From: Halobacteriales archaeon QS_8_69_26
GTDB lineage: Archaea; Halobacteriota; Halobacteria; Halobacteriales; SW-7-71-33
NCBI GenBank assembly: GCA_003023195.1
Contig: PXRX01000022.1
Location: forward strand, 14,041-78,040
Reading direction: 5' to 3'
DNA length: 64,000 nt
Below the pieces are notes generated by a model. That model searched no databases. It was not told where the DNA came from and was given only the letters and a program-made list of their open reading frames with translations. Below, in pieces: positions 44,344 through 53,984 of this stretch (position 1 is its first letter; each line of letters starts with the position of its first letter). The position numbers and the translations under genes are program-made.

Positions 44344-45392
44344 TCAACGCTCACCCGTGGGTCGAGGTAGGTGTACAGTGCGTCGACCACGATGTTGATC
44401 ACGACGAACATGAGAGCGACGAAGAGGATGATTCCCTGCATGAGCGGCCAGTCGCGGATGCTCAACGCGTCGATCAGGCGGAGGCCGAGGCCCGGCCAGT
44501 TGAACACGGTCTCGGTGATCACGGCCCCGCCCATCAGCGTCCCCATCTGGAGGCCCAGCACGGTGACGATGGGGATCATGGTGTTTCGCAGCACGTGCTT
44601 GTACCGGATCAGGACCCCGGGCAGGCCCTTGGCCTCGGTCGCCGTGACGTAGGCCTTGCCGATCTCGTCTATCATACCGCTCCGCGTGAGCCGCGTGATC
44701 AGGGCGGTGAAGTACGTCCCGAGGGTGATCGCCGGGAGCGTGACGTGGCGGAGCCAGGTCAGCAGTTCGTCGAACGAGCCGTCACGGACGATCGCCATCA
44801 GCCCCTCGACGAACCCCGCGCCGCGCCGCCCCGTCGGCAGGTCGATGAACCCGATACCGAACCGGACCGACAGGTCCGAGGAGATGCCCAGCGACGGATA
44901 CGGGATCCCGTACCAGACGCCCAGCACGAGGACGAGCATCAGCCCGAGCCAGAAGTTCGGGGTGGAGATCCCCAGCAGCGAGAACAGGGTCGCGCCGTAG
45001 TCGGCCGGCTGGTCCCGGCGGGTCGCGGAAATGACCCCGAGCGGGATCGCGATGAGGATCGCGATGACCGTCGCGGCGACCGCGAGTTCGATCGTCGCCG
45101 GAATGCGCTCTATCACCATCGCCTCGACCTCCCGCTCGGACCGCCAGGAGTAGCCCAGGTCGCCCTGCAACAGGTCGGTCACGTAGTCGAAGTACTGGAC
45201 GTATATCGGCTCGTTCAGGCCCTCTTCTTCTCGCACGCGCTCGATGAGGTTCCGTGTCGCCCCTTGCCCCAGCATCAGCGTCGCCGGGTCACCGGGAGAC
45301 ACCGCCCGCATCCCGAACAGGGCAGTGACGACCCCCCAGATAACGAAGACTCCCTGGAGGGTCCGCCGGAACAGGAATTTCCCCATCGACAT
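44340..45392 (-). CDS. ABC transporter permease (DppB-like)
   Basis: MSMGKFLFRRTLQGVFVIWGVVTALF... with ...YVTATEAKGLP... EAA-loop-type motifs. Confidence 0.85.
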   Translation of the reverse strand: MSMGKFLFRRTLQGVFVIWGVVTALFGMRAVSPGDPATLMLGQGATRNLIERVREEEGLNEPIYVQYFDYVTDLLQGDLGYSWRSEREVEAMVIERIPATIELAVAATVIAILIAIPLGVISATRRDQPADYGATLFSLLGISTPNFWLGLMLVLVLGVWYGIPYPSLGISSDLSVRFGIGFIDLPTGRRGAGFVEGLMAIVRDGSFDELLTWLRHVTLPAITLGTYFTALITRLTRSGMIDEIGKAYVTATEAKGLPGVLIRYKHVLRNTMIPIVTVLGLQMGTLMGGAVITETVFNWPGLGLRLIDALSIRDWPLMQGIILFVALMFVVINIVVDALYTYLDPRVSVE

Positions 45393-45554
45393 CGGAGTGT
45401 TTCAAACCGATCGTGCGACCATAATGATGCTTTCGCATCGCCGTCCGACGACGCACCGATCGCACCGTTCTCGGGAGGGTAGTGACGTCCCCGCAAATCC
45501 GCGGGTGACGGCCCCCGACGGATCCGTGGGTGACGGTTTCATAGCGGGCGTGTC

Positions 45555-45572
45555 GGGAAAAACGAATTTTAT
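45555..45572 (-). terminator. possible oligo-T attenuator/terminator after the substrate-binding-protein gene
   Basis: The minus strand reads ATAAAATTCGTTTTTCCC about 25-40 nt after the stop at 45594-45596, inside the 200-nt gap before the first permease gene. Confidence 0.3.
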
Positions 45573-45593
45573 CGGGAGTCGACCGGTCGGCCG

Positions 45594-47225
45594 TTACGAC
45601 ATTCCCCAGATGTAGACCGTCTCGTCCTCGCGGGGCTCCCACTGGATCTGCTCGTTGACGCCGTAGATGCTCTCCTGGACGTGGAGGAACAGCCACGGGG
45701 CCTTCTCGTGGGCCAGCTCCATGACCTCCTGGAGCTGCTGGGTCCGCTCCTCGGGGTCTTCCATCTGCTGGCTCTCCAGGATCGCCTGGCTGAGCTCCTC
45801 GTCGTCGAAGGTCCGGCTCGGGTTGTCCGGGATGGTGAAGAAGCCCTGGGTCCCGTAGTCGGCGTCGCCGGTGATGGTCCCCCACCCGATCATGTAGAAC
45901 GGGTGCTCGATGTTCTCGGGCTCGACGCCGGCGGAATTCTCGTCGGAGACGACCGGGAACTCGACGATGTTGGCCTCGCAGCTGACGTTGCTGAGCTGGT
46001 CGATCTGGTCGGCCGCGGTCTCGGCGACCTGGGCGTCGTTGAGGTACCGGCCCTGCGGGGCGGTCAGCGTGATCTCGGCACCGCCGTAGCCGCTCTCCTC
46101 GACGAGGCTCTCGGCCATCGCGACGTCCTGCTCGTAGGGCTCGATGTCGGGGTTGTAGCCGTTGATCCCCGGGGCGACCGGCTGGCCGACGGGTTCGCCG
46201 AACCCGGAGAGGACGTTCTCGACGATGCCCTCGTTGTCGACCGCGTAGTTCATCGCCTGCCGGAACTCCTGGCTGTCGAACGGCTCGACCGTGTTCTTCA
46301 TCGGGCAGAACACGGTCCGGAAGCTCGTCACCCGGCGGATCTCGACGCCCTCGGCGTTCTGGACCGTCGAAACGTCCTCGGGCAGCACGTTGATCGTGAG
46401 GTCGGTCTCGCCGGCTTCCAGGGCGGCCACGCGGCCACTGGACTGGTTGTTGGCGTTGAACGTGACCGTCTCGAAGGGCGGTTCGTCGCCCCAGTAGTCG
46501 TCGAACGCCTCCAGGACGATCTCCTCGCCCGAGGTGAACTCGACGACCTCGTAGGGACCCGTCCCGTTGAACGTGTCGGCGGACGAGCCGGCGATCGCGC
46601 CGTTCTCGGCGTCGTGGTTGTCGATCGCCCATTGCTTGTTCATGGCACGGGCGTAGTTACCGAACTCGAACTCCGCGAGACCGGGCGCGGCGGAGTAGTT
46701 CACCGCGACCGTCGTGTCGTCGACTGCCTCCGCGCCCTCGATCGATCCCAGTCCGAAGGTACCGATCGGGCTCTGGACCCCGATGTCCGGGTCGAGCGTC
46801 CGGTTCATGGTCCACGCGACGTCTTCGGCCGTGAGGTCGTCGCCGTTGTGGAACACCACGTCGTCCCGGAGGTACAGTTCAGTGGTGCCGTCGCCCTGGG
46901 CCTCCCAGTCGTCGACCACTCGCGGGAAGATCCCCTCGCCCGGTTCGAAGTCGAACAGGGGCTCGTAGATGTGGTCGTACACGTCGAAGTAGTCGCCTGT
47001 GATGTGGTCGAGGGGGTCCTGGGTGTCCGGGAACTGCGACAGCGTGATGGTGATCTCGTCGAGGTCACTCATGTCACCGTCGTCGGTCCCGTCGCCGGTG
47101 TCGCCTTCGTCACCCTCGTCGCCGTCACCGAGACAGCCCGCCGTCGTGACGAGCGTCCCGGTCGCGGCGATGCTACTGTACCTGAGGAACGTACGCCGAT
47201 CGGTGGATCGATCCTTCCGCGGCAT
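45594..47225 (-). CDS. ABC transporter substrate-binding protein, family 5 (DppA-like), Tat/lipobox signal
   Basis: MPRKDRSTDRRTFLRYSSIAATGTLVTTAGC is followed by an acidic linker and an SBP_bac_5-type body. The track ORF start 47243 is TTG; ATG 47225 fits the TATA spacing. Confidence 0.85.
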   Translation of the reverse strand: MPRKDRSTDRRTFLRYSSIAATGTLVTTAGCLGDGDEGDEGDTGDGTDDGDMSDLDEITITLSQFPDTQDPLDHITGDYFDVYDHIYEPLFDFEPGEGIFPRVVDDWEAQGDGTTELYLRDDVVFHNGDDLTAEDVAWTMNRTLDPDIGVQSPIGTFGLGSIEGAEAVDDTTVAVNYSAAPGLAEFEFGNYARAMNKQWAIDNHDAENGAIAGSSADTFNGTGPYEVVEFTSGEEIVLEAFDDYWGDEPPFETVTFNANNQSSGRVAALEAGETDLTINVLPEDVSTVQNAEGVEIRRVTSFRTVFCPMKNTVEPFDSQEFRQAMNYAVDNEGIVENVLSGFGEPVGQPVAPGINGYNPDIEPYEQDVAMAESLVEESGYGGAEITLTAPQGRYLNDAQVAETAADQIDQLSNVSCEANIVEFPVVSDENSAGVEPENIEHPFYMIGWGTITGDADYGTQGFFTIPDNPSRTFDDEELSQAILESQQMEDPEERTQQLQEVMELAHEKAPWLFLHVQESIYGVNEQIQWEPREDETVYIWGMS

Positions 47226-47250
47226 GGCTAAAACCATGACCAACAGTCAC

Positions 47251-47258
47251 ATATATTT
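47251..47258 (-). promoter_or_regulatory. TATA box of the dpp-like operon
   Basis: On the minus strand, AAATATAT lies about 26-33 nt upstream of ATG 47225. Confidence 0.4.
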
Positions 47259-47541
47259 GATGATCTCTAGCGATAGAGGGCTATGTACTCGATCTCCAGT
47301 TAATTTGTGTTCTGGTGCGTTCCGGGCAGGGTCGGGGACTCACCACTCCCGGCCTCTCACCCCGCGAACGGGGCGGTATCTCCCGGACACGGCACGGACG
47401 ACGGTTCCGATCTCCCGGGGGAATTGGAAGGGCAGGCGCCGGGAGGTCCTCTCGGCTCCGACGACGCAAGCCTCCGGAGGGCTCGCACAGATCACCGCGA
47501 ATCCGCCCGATACTGGGGGTGCCGGTCGGAGCCCGGCCCGC

Positions 47542-48240
47542 TCAGTCGGTTTCCACGTCGACGTCGCCCGCCTCGACCGAGTCCCGGTCGCGGTCCCCGA
47601 CCAGTTCCTCGGTGATCGCCCGGATCACCGCCTCGGGGTCCCCGTCGCCGCCCGCTCTCGCGACGCTCCCGACGCTGTCGGGGTCGAAGTCCACGCCCAG
47701 TGCCCCGTACACCGGGTCCAGCACCGCGGCGATGGCGCGGTGCTCCCGGACGACGCAGATGCCGCCCGTGACCGCGGCGTCCTGGCGGACTCGCTGGGCG
47801 AGGCCGACCACCTTCCCGTCGGCCTGCAGGGAGTGGGTGCCCGGGCAGAACGACTCGGGTGGTTCGCCCTCCGCGGCGTCGACGCCGACCGTCCGGAGCG
47901 CACGGCGGACCGCCGCCGTGGTCCGGTCGTAGCGGTCGCCGATACCCTCCCGTCCACCGGCCTCGACGGCGACGAACGCGACGGTCGTCCCGGTGTAGGC
48001 CACCGCCCGGCCGCCCGTCTCGCGGAGTACCGGCGGGTAGCCTCGTTCGCGGGCCGCCCGTCGCGCCCGGTCGTACCCATCCAGCGTGGCGTCGCGCCGG
48101 CCGAACGCGACCTGCCGGTGCGGTTGCCAGGCCCGCACCGCTTCCCGCCCGTCCTCGCCGGCCCGGTCGACCAGCGCCGCCGTCACCCGTCGGTCGGCCT
48201 CGATGGATCCGGCCCGGCCCCTGACCACTCGAACGCTCAC
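47542..48240 (-). CDS. lipoate--protein ligase / BPL-LPL catalytic-domain family protein
   Basis: ...RETGGRAVAYTG...FCPGTHSLQADGKVVGLAQRV... resembles the LplA/LipB-type catalytic core. GTG start at 48240. Confidence 0.6.
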   Translation of the reverse strand: MSVRVVRGRAGSIEADRRVTAALVDRAGEDGREAVRAWQPHRQVAFGRRDATLDGYDRARRAARERGYPPVLRETGGRAVAYTGTTVAFVAVEAGGREGIGDRYDRTTAAVRRALRTVGVDAAEGEPPESFCPGTHSLQADGKVVGLAQRVRQDAAVTGGICVVREHRAIAAVLDPVYGALGVDFDPDSVGSVARAGGDGDPEAVIRAITEELVGDRDRDSVEAGDVDVETD

Positions 48241-48262
48241 GGTCGGGGTAGGAGCCGACGCG

Positions 48263-48268
48263 TATAAA
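48263..48268. promoter_or_regulatory. single TATAAA/TTTATA element centred between two divergent start codons
   Basis: TATAAA at 48263-48268 is 23 nt from the minus-strand start (48240) and 24 nt from the plus-strand start (48292). Confidence 0.4.
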
Positions 48269-48291
48269 CGCTCCCGACCCGGAGTCGCCGT

Positions 48292-49293
48292 GTGGTCGAT
48301 CCCGACGACTCCACCGGGGGCACGGGCCCGTCTAATGGCTCCGATGCCGGGCCGTCCGACGGCCCCGATTCCGGGCGGTCGGGCGGGACGGATACCCCTC
48401 CCGCCGCCGATCCCTCGGGTGGTGACGATCCGACCCCTTCGGCGGTCACCCTGCCCCCCGACCTGCTCGGCCGGTACCGTCGCTTCTCCCTGTACAATTC
48501 CCCGTACGCGGCCCACGACGAGGGCCACGCTGTCGACCTCTACCCCGACCCGGGGGCGGCACCGTCGCCGGTCGCCGGCGAGGTACTCGACGTCCGGTCC
48601 GTGTCGGCGCCCCCGAAGCCCTACGCCGAGGCGGAGGACCACCTGATCCTGATCCGCGTCGCTGACGGCGTCGTCGACGCCCGGGAGGGCCTGGTCGCCC
48701 GGGTCCTCCACGCAGACCCCGCGGTCGAACCGGGCGAGTGGGTCGCCGCCGGCGAGGACCTTGGCCGGACGATCCGGTCGGGCTTTTTCGCCCCCTGGGT
48801 CGGCGACCACCTCCACGTCGGCTTCCGCCCGCCCGACGGGAACCACTACCGCGCGTCCGGGTCGCTCCCGGTCGCCGCCGGCGTGTCGGTCGATCCCCTC
48901 CCCTGGGACGGCCGGGGGACCGTCGTCGAACGCGGCGACACCTACGCCGTCCTCGACCGGCCGGTCCACCCCGCCCCCGGCGATCGCTGGGCGGGGATCG
49001 CGACCGACGGCGGCGGCGTCCTCGACGGCGGGTTCCCCCACTACGACGGCGGCGGGATCCTTCCGGACGGCGATCCCCCCGATGGAGAGGTGACGGCGGT
49101 GGAACTGCTCGGGACGGGGATCGGAACGGCCACCGGCCGGACCGTCGAGTGGGCCGACCGCACGGTCCGGGCGAACGGCGAGGCAGTCACCGGCCTGTCG
49201 CTGTCCCTCGGCCGGGACCGGGCGGGTGCCAAACTGGTCTGTCCGGACGCCACGTTCGAGGTCGGGACCGAGGTTCGAGTCCGGATCGAGTGA
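48292..49293 (+). CDS. conserved hypothetical protein, with a weak LytM/M23-like HxH motif
   Basis: Acidic halophile composition and an N-terminal G/S/D/P-rich tail. It contains ...AAHDEGHAVDLYP... and ...WVGDHLHVGF.... GTG start. Confidence 0.6.
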   Translation: MVDPDDSTGGTGPSNGSDAGPSDGPDSGRSGGTDTPPAADPSGGDDPTPSAVTLPPDLLGRYRRFSLYNSPYAAHDEGHAVDLYPDPGAAPSPVAGEVLDVRSVSAPPKPYAEAEDHLILIRVADGVVDAREGLVARVLHADPAVEPGEWVAAGEDLGRTIRSGFFAPWVGDHLHVGFRPPDGNHYRASGSLPVAAGVSVDPLPWDGRGTVVERGDTYAVLDRPVHPAPGDRWAGIATDGGGVLDGGFPHYDGGGILPDGDPPDGEVTAVELLGTGIGTATGRTVEWADRTVRANGEAVTGLSLSLGRDRAGAKLVCPDATFEVGTEVRVRIE

Positions 49294-49388
49294 AGTCAAC
49301 ACGCTCGGTCGACCGATCCGGTCCGTCCACGCCGGGGATCGAACGGGGAAAACTAACCGGGAGGGGGTCGAAGACCGGGGAGCGGCGG

Positions 49389-49838
49389 ATGCCCTCGATA
49401 GAACTGACCACGGTGATCGACGCCCCCGTCGAACGGGTGTTCGACGCCGCGCGGGACGTCGACCGGCACGCCGAGACGATGGCCGACCACGGCGAACGGG
49501 CCGTCGCGGGCGTGACCGAGGGCCGCCTGGCGGCCGACGACACCGTCACCTGGCGGTCCAGGCACTTCGGGGTTCCCCTGGAGTTGACGGTCCGGACCAC
49601 CGAGATGGACCGGCCGCAGTTCTTCCGGGACGAACAGGTCGACGGACCCTTCCGGGAGATGCGACACGACCACCGGTTCGAGCGACTCGGGCCGGGCCGG
49701 ACGAAGACGGTCGACGACTTCCGGTTCGCCTCGCCGCTCGGCCCGGTCGGATCGGTCGTCGACGCCCTCGTCCTCGAACGGTACATGCGCCGACTCCTCT
49801 CGAAGCGCAACCGGGCGCTCCGGGACGCCGTGGAGTGA
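49389..49838 (+). CDS. SRPBCC (START/polyketide-cyclase-like) family protein
   Basis: MPSIELTTVIDAPVERVFDAARDVDRH...W.S.HFG... is the typical SRPBCC N-terminus. Confidence 0.7.
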   Translation: MPSIELTTVIDAPVERVFDAARDVDRHAETMADHGERAVAGVTEGRLAADDTVTWRSRHFGVPLELTVRTTEMDRPQFFRDEQVDGPFREMRHDHRFERLGPGRTKTVDDFRFASPLGPVGSVVDALVLERYMRRLLSKRNRALRDAVE

Positions 49839-49882
49839 TCGGCCGGGCTTCGGCCGGTACACACTGGGGCGGCGACACCTCC

Positions 49883-50362
49883 TCACCCGTGTCGCTCCCG
49901 GTGTCGCTCCTTCAGGCGCTGGTAGCGGTCGTCCTCGCGGACCCGGTCGAGGTACTCCCTGTAGACCAGGGAGATCTCCCGCTTCTCCTCGTCGTACCAC
50001 CGCTGTGGTTCGCGCTCGGTCCCGTCGTCCTCGCGCTTCCGGCCGCCGGGGTACTTCGCGTACCGGAGCGCCCGGGTCCACCCCATCTGGAGGTACTTGC
50101 GGGCCACGTCCATGCCGACGAAGTCCGCTTCGCGGCGGTACTCGCGGAACCGGTCGTGGATGGCCTCGGCACCCTCCTCGGCCTCCGCCAGGGTCGCGAT
50201 CCCCCACAGGGGCAGGAGTTCGTCCTTGTAGGGCTGGACCTTGAACGCCCCCGTCTCGTCGGGCGTGTGGACGTACCGGTCGGGGTTGGCCCGGAAGTCG
50301 AGGTCGTACTCGGGGCCGTCCTCCACCGTCGGGACCTCCCCGCGGACGACGTCGTCGCTCAC
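49883..50362 (-). CDS. DUF4385-domain protein
   Basis: ...DLDFRANPDRY...FKVQPYKDELLPLW...DFVGMDVARKYLQMGWTRALRYAKYPGGRK. GTG start at 50362. Confidence 0.6.
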   Translation of the reverse strand: MSDDVVRGEVPTVEDGPEYDLDFRANPDRYVHTPDETGAFKVQPYKDELLPLWGIATLAEAEEGAEAIHDRFREYRREADFVGMDVARKYLQMGWTRALRYAKYPGGRKREDDGTEREPQRWYDEEKREISLVYREYLDRVREDDRYQRLKERHRERHG

Positions 50363-50423
50363 GGGCGTCGCTCGGGGCCGGTCGGACGCGGGGCTGTCGG
50401 TTCCGGCAGGATACCGGGGGGAG

Positions 50424-50996
50424 TCAGGCGAAGGAAACCTCGTCGAGACCGACGACCTCGCCGAACAGGAAGTCGGCGTGGTCCAGGGCGTACTCGCGGT
50501 GGCCCGGTTCGATGCAGCCGACGGCGTCCTCGACGAGTACCGGCCGGTAGTCGCGCAACCCCGCGGATCCGGCGGTGTGCAGCACGCAGACGTTCGCCAG
50601 GGTGCCACAGATCACCAGGTCGTCGATCCCCCGTGCGGTGAGCCAGCCGTCGAGTTCGGTCTCGTGGAACGCGTCGTACGTGTGCTTCTCGACGACGTGG
50701 TCGTCCTCGTGGACGGATAGCTCCTCGACCAGTTCGGCCTCCTGGGACCCTTCGAGGACGTGTTCCCCCCAGCGCTCGAACTCGTCGTAGTAGTGGGCGT
50801 CCTCGAACTGCTCGGGCGGGTGGACGTCCCGGGTGAACACGACCTGCGTGCCGGCCTCGCGGGCCCGGTCGACCAGTCGCGCCACGGGCGCTACGACCTC
50901 CTCGCTGCCGGGCGCGTACAGGGACCCGTCGGGGTGACAGAAGCCGTTCTGCATGTCCACCGCGACGAGGGCGGTCGAGTCGGTGTCGAACTCCAT
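50424..50996 (-). CDS. isochorismatase-family cysteine hydrolase (nicotinamidase-like)
   Basis: ALVAVDMQNGF..., ...K..YDAF..T.L..., ...LVICGTLANVCV (catalytic Cys). Confidence 0.8.
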   Translation of the reverse strand: MEFDTDSTALVAVDMQNGFCHPDGSLYAPGSEEVVAPVARLVDRAREAGTQVVFTRDVHPPEQFEDAHYYDEFERWGEHVLEGSQEAELVEELSVHEDDHVVEKHTYDAFHETELDGWLTARGIDDLVICGTLANVCVLHTAGSAGLRDYRPVLVEDAVGCIEPGHREYALDHADFLFGEVVGLDEVSFA

Positions 50997-51201
50997 GGTC
51001 GGCCGGACCTACGTGCCGAGCGGCAAAAAACGGTGTCGAACGGATCCGTCGGCGGTACCGTCGGCGTCCTCCGGAGGCCCAAGACGCGAGCCGCCCGGGT
51101 CGGGATCCGAGGCGCCCGGGGAGTGGGATCGCCCGTCTCCCGGCCGGACGGGGTGGGACCGAGTGATTTTTTCGTTTCGGTTCCTATGCGGGGCGTAGGA
51201 G

Positions 51202-53055
51202 ATGAAAACTACAACGACAGTCGTCGCCCTGGTGGTCGTCCTCTCGACGGTCGCAGTCCCCGCCGCGGCCGCCGCTCCGGATACGGGGTCGGAGTCAGTG
51301 GCCACCGGGGTCGCGGAGGGGACCGTCGACGACACGGCGGGTGCCGAGTCGCCCGCCACCCGGACCGATCCGAGTGACACGGACGCGGCGGACGGGTCGT
51401 CTGCGTCGCCGCTGGGAGCGGCCCAGGCGTCGGCCCCGCACGACGACCCGGACGAAGAGAACGAGACTATCGGGTGCGAGGCGTTCGAGGGGTACCGGGC
51501 CTGTGCCGCCGACACCATCCTCGTCGACAACGACGACGGGATCGACCAGGAGGAGCTGACCAAGCTGGTCGCCCGTGCGATGGCCCGCGTCGAGGAGATC
51601 CGTGACATGGAGTTCGGCGACGACTTCGACGTCACCATCCGCTCCCGCGAGGCCTACCGCCGGAACGTCACGGGGACGTACGCCAACATCACCGGTAACG
51701 ACGCCCTCCACCAGAACGTCAAGTACGAGGCGACGTTCATGGTCGGCGAGGACACCGACGCCATCGCCAAGTTGGCGGGCAACCGGGCCGGGTCAGTCCA
51801 GGGGTTCTACAGCCCAAGCGAGGACCAGATCGTCGTCATCTCGAACAACCCCGACGCCCTGGAGATGGACGAGTTCACGCTAGGCCACGAACTGGTCCAC
51901 GCCCTCCAGGACCAGCACTTCAACCTCTCGGACTACAACCGCACGACGGAGGACCGCAACAACGGGATCAACGGCATCATCGAGGGTGACGCCAGTCTCG
52001 TCGAGGACCTCTACCGGGAGCAGTGCAACGGCGACGGCGAGTGGAACGGCACCTGCGTCCGGCCGACCGAGGGCCCCGGCGGCGGCGGTGACATCCACAT
52101 CGGCATCTACCTGATCAGCTTCAGCCCCTACAGCGACGGTCCGGTCCTGGTCAACCAGGTCCGTCAGGAGGGTGGCTGGGAGGCAGTCAACGGCATGTAC
52201 GACGACCCCCCGATCACCTCCGAGCAGGTGATCCACCCGGAGAAGTACCCCGACGAGAAGGGGGCGGAGATACGGATAAACCGCAGTGCCGAGGGACCGT
52301 GGGAGGTCCTGACCCTCGGGAACGACAGCGTCGACTACGCCACGTTCGGCGAGGCGGGCCTGTTCTCGATGTTCTGGTATCCCAGCTACGAGCAGCGTAG
52401 CACGGCCATCGTCGACTACAACGCCCTGTTCGCCGACGCCCGGTTCGACACCTACAACTACGAACACTGGATCACGGACGGCTGGAACGGCGACAAACTC
52501 CTCCCGTTCGTCAGGAACGACTCCGACGGGACCAACGAGACCGCCTACGTCTGGAAGTTCGAGTGGGACACCGAGGACGACGCCGACCAGTTCGTCCGCG
52601 GGTACGAGCGCATGCTGAACTTCCGCAACGCCGAGGCGGTCGACGACCGGGTAAACACCTACGTGATCCCCGAGGACGAACGGTTCGACGACGCCTTCTA
52701 CGTCGAGCGGTCCGGGACGACGGTGGTCGTCGTGAACGCGCCGACCGTCGAGGACCTCTCGAAGATCTATGACGGTGCGGCGCCGCGACCCTCGGACGGG
52801 ACGACCACGACGACGCCGGCGGACACGACGACGACGCCGGCGGACACGACGCCGGCGGACACGACGACGCCGGCGGACACGACGCCGGCGGACACCACGA
52901 CGGCACCGACCACCGAGGCGCCGACCACCACGGACCCAGGGACATCCCCCGGCGGCGACGACGGTGACGGCGGTGGCGTGCCCGGCTTCGGGTTCGCCGT
53001 CGCCCTTCTGGCGATCCTGGCCGGCACCGCGATCGCGGTCCGCCGCCGTCGCTGA
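51202..53055 (+). CDS. secreted surface protein with an HExxH motif and a PGF-CTERM anchor (resembles the family annotated as Hvo_1808-type surface protein)
   Basis: Signal peptide MKTTTTVVALVVVLSTVAVPAAAA, GHELVHALQD, a Thr/Pro tandem linker (TTPADTT repeats, 52801-52900) and C-terminal PGFGFAVALLAILAGTAIAVRRRR. Confidence 0.75.
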   Translation: MKTTTTVVALVVVLSTVAVPAAAAAPDTGSESVATGVAEGTVDDTAGAESPATRTDPSDTDAADGSSASPLGAAQASAPHDDPDEENETIGCEAFEGYRACAADTILVDNDDGIDQEELTKLVARAMARVEEIRDMEFGDDFDVTIRSREAYRRNVTGTYANITGNDALHQNVKYEATFMVGEDTDAIAKLAGNRAGSVQGFYSPSEDQIVVISNNPDALEMDEFTLGHELVHALQDQHFNLSDYNRTTEDRNNGINGIIEGDASLVEDLYREQCNGDGEWNGTCVRPTEGPGGGGDIHIGIYLISFSPYSDGPVLVNQVRQEGGWEAVNGMYDDPPITSEQVIHPEKYPDEKGAEIRINRSAEGPWEVLTLGNDSVDYATFGEAGLFSMFWYPSYEQRSTAIVDYNALFADARFDTYNYEHWITDGWNGDKLLPFVRNDSDGTNETAYVWKFEWDTEDDADQFVRGYERMLNFRNAEAVDDRVNTYVIPEDERFDDAFYVERSGTTVVVVNAPTVEDLSKIYDGAAPRPSDGTTTTTPADTTTTPADTTPADTTTPADTTPADTTTAPTTEAPTTTDPGTSPGGDDGDGGGVPGFGFAVALLAILAGTAIAVRRRR

Positions 53056-53138
53056 CTGCGACCGACCCTCGTTTTCACCCACCGTCCTGTCTTCAGGTCG
53101 GAGCGCGACGACACCCGGGTATCCGTCCGGCCCGTGGA

Positions 53139-53786
53139 CTAGTCCGCGTAGTTCTCCCGGAAGTCATCGACGATGGCGGCGCCGGAGGAGGCACCGATCC
53201 GTTCGGCCCCGGCGTCGAACATGGCACGGGCGGTCTCGAAGTCGCCGACGCCGCCGCTGGCCTTCACCGGCAGGTACTCGCTCATCAGTTCGACGTCCGG
53301 GACGGTCGCGCCACCGTCGGCGAAGCCGGTGGAGGTCTTGACGAAGTCGGCGTCGGCGGCCTCGGCGGCCGCGCAGGCGGCGTGCTTCTGTTCGTCGGTC
53401 AGCAGGGCGGTCTCGATGATCACCTTGACCGTCACCGGGGCGGCGGCGACGACCCGCTCTATCTCGTCGCGGACGGCGTCCTCGTCGCCCGCCGACAATC
53501 GGCCGACGTTGATGACCATGTCGACCTCCTCGGCCCCGTCCTCCCAGGCGCGTTCGGCCTCGGCGGCCTTGACCGACGGGGCCGTTTGCCCGTGCGGGAA
53601 CCCGATCACCGTCGCCAGGGTCACCTCCGGGGCGTAGTCGGCGGCCTCGGAGACGAAACAGGGCGGGATGCAGGCGTTCATCCCGTAGTCGCTCGCCTCG
53701 TCGAGGACCCGTTCGACGTCGGCGACCGTGGTCTCCGGACCCAGTACGGTGTGGTCGATCCTGGACGCGAGTTCTGCTTCGTCCAT
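53139..53786 (-). CDS. deoC: deoxyribose-phosphate aldolase
   Basis: IDHTVL.P..T, ...DMVINVG..., ...VKVIIET..L...E, and FVKTSTGF (Schiff-base Lys). Confidence 0.9.
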   Translation of the reverse strand: MDEAELASRIDHTVLGPETTVADVERVLDEASDYGMNACIPPCFVSEAADYAPEVTLATVIGFPHGQTAPSVKAAEAERAWEDGAEEVDMVINVGRLSAGDEDAVRDEIERVVAAAPVTVKVIIETALLTDEQKHAACAAAEAADADFVKTSTGFADGGATVPDVELMSEYLPVKASGGVGDFETARAMFDAGAERIGASSGAAIVDDFRENYAD

Positions 53787-53984
53787 GCGGGTCACTCCAC
53801 GGGCCCGTCCCAAAAATCCGCCCTTCGCCGTCCGCCGCACCGGGACGGGCCCTTCCCCGTCCGGGTCGGCGAGACGATCCCTTCCCGTCCAGCCAGCCGA
53901 GACGACCGAAATCGGACCGTAGCGGCGCCCTTCGGTCCGCTCCCGATCGATACCTTTTCACGGCTCCCGCGAGATTCCACTCGC

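Noticed and set aside
47260-47541. Whether the GC-rich spacer of about 280 bp upstream of the dpp-like operon encodes an ncRNA or riboswitch.
   Set aside because: I could not recognise any known RNA family or a convincing conserved structure by eye. The question is left as unannotated spacer.
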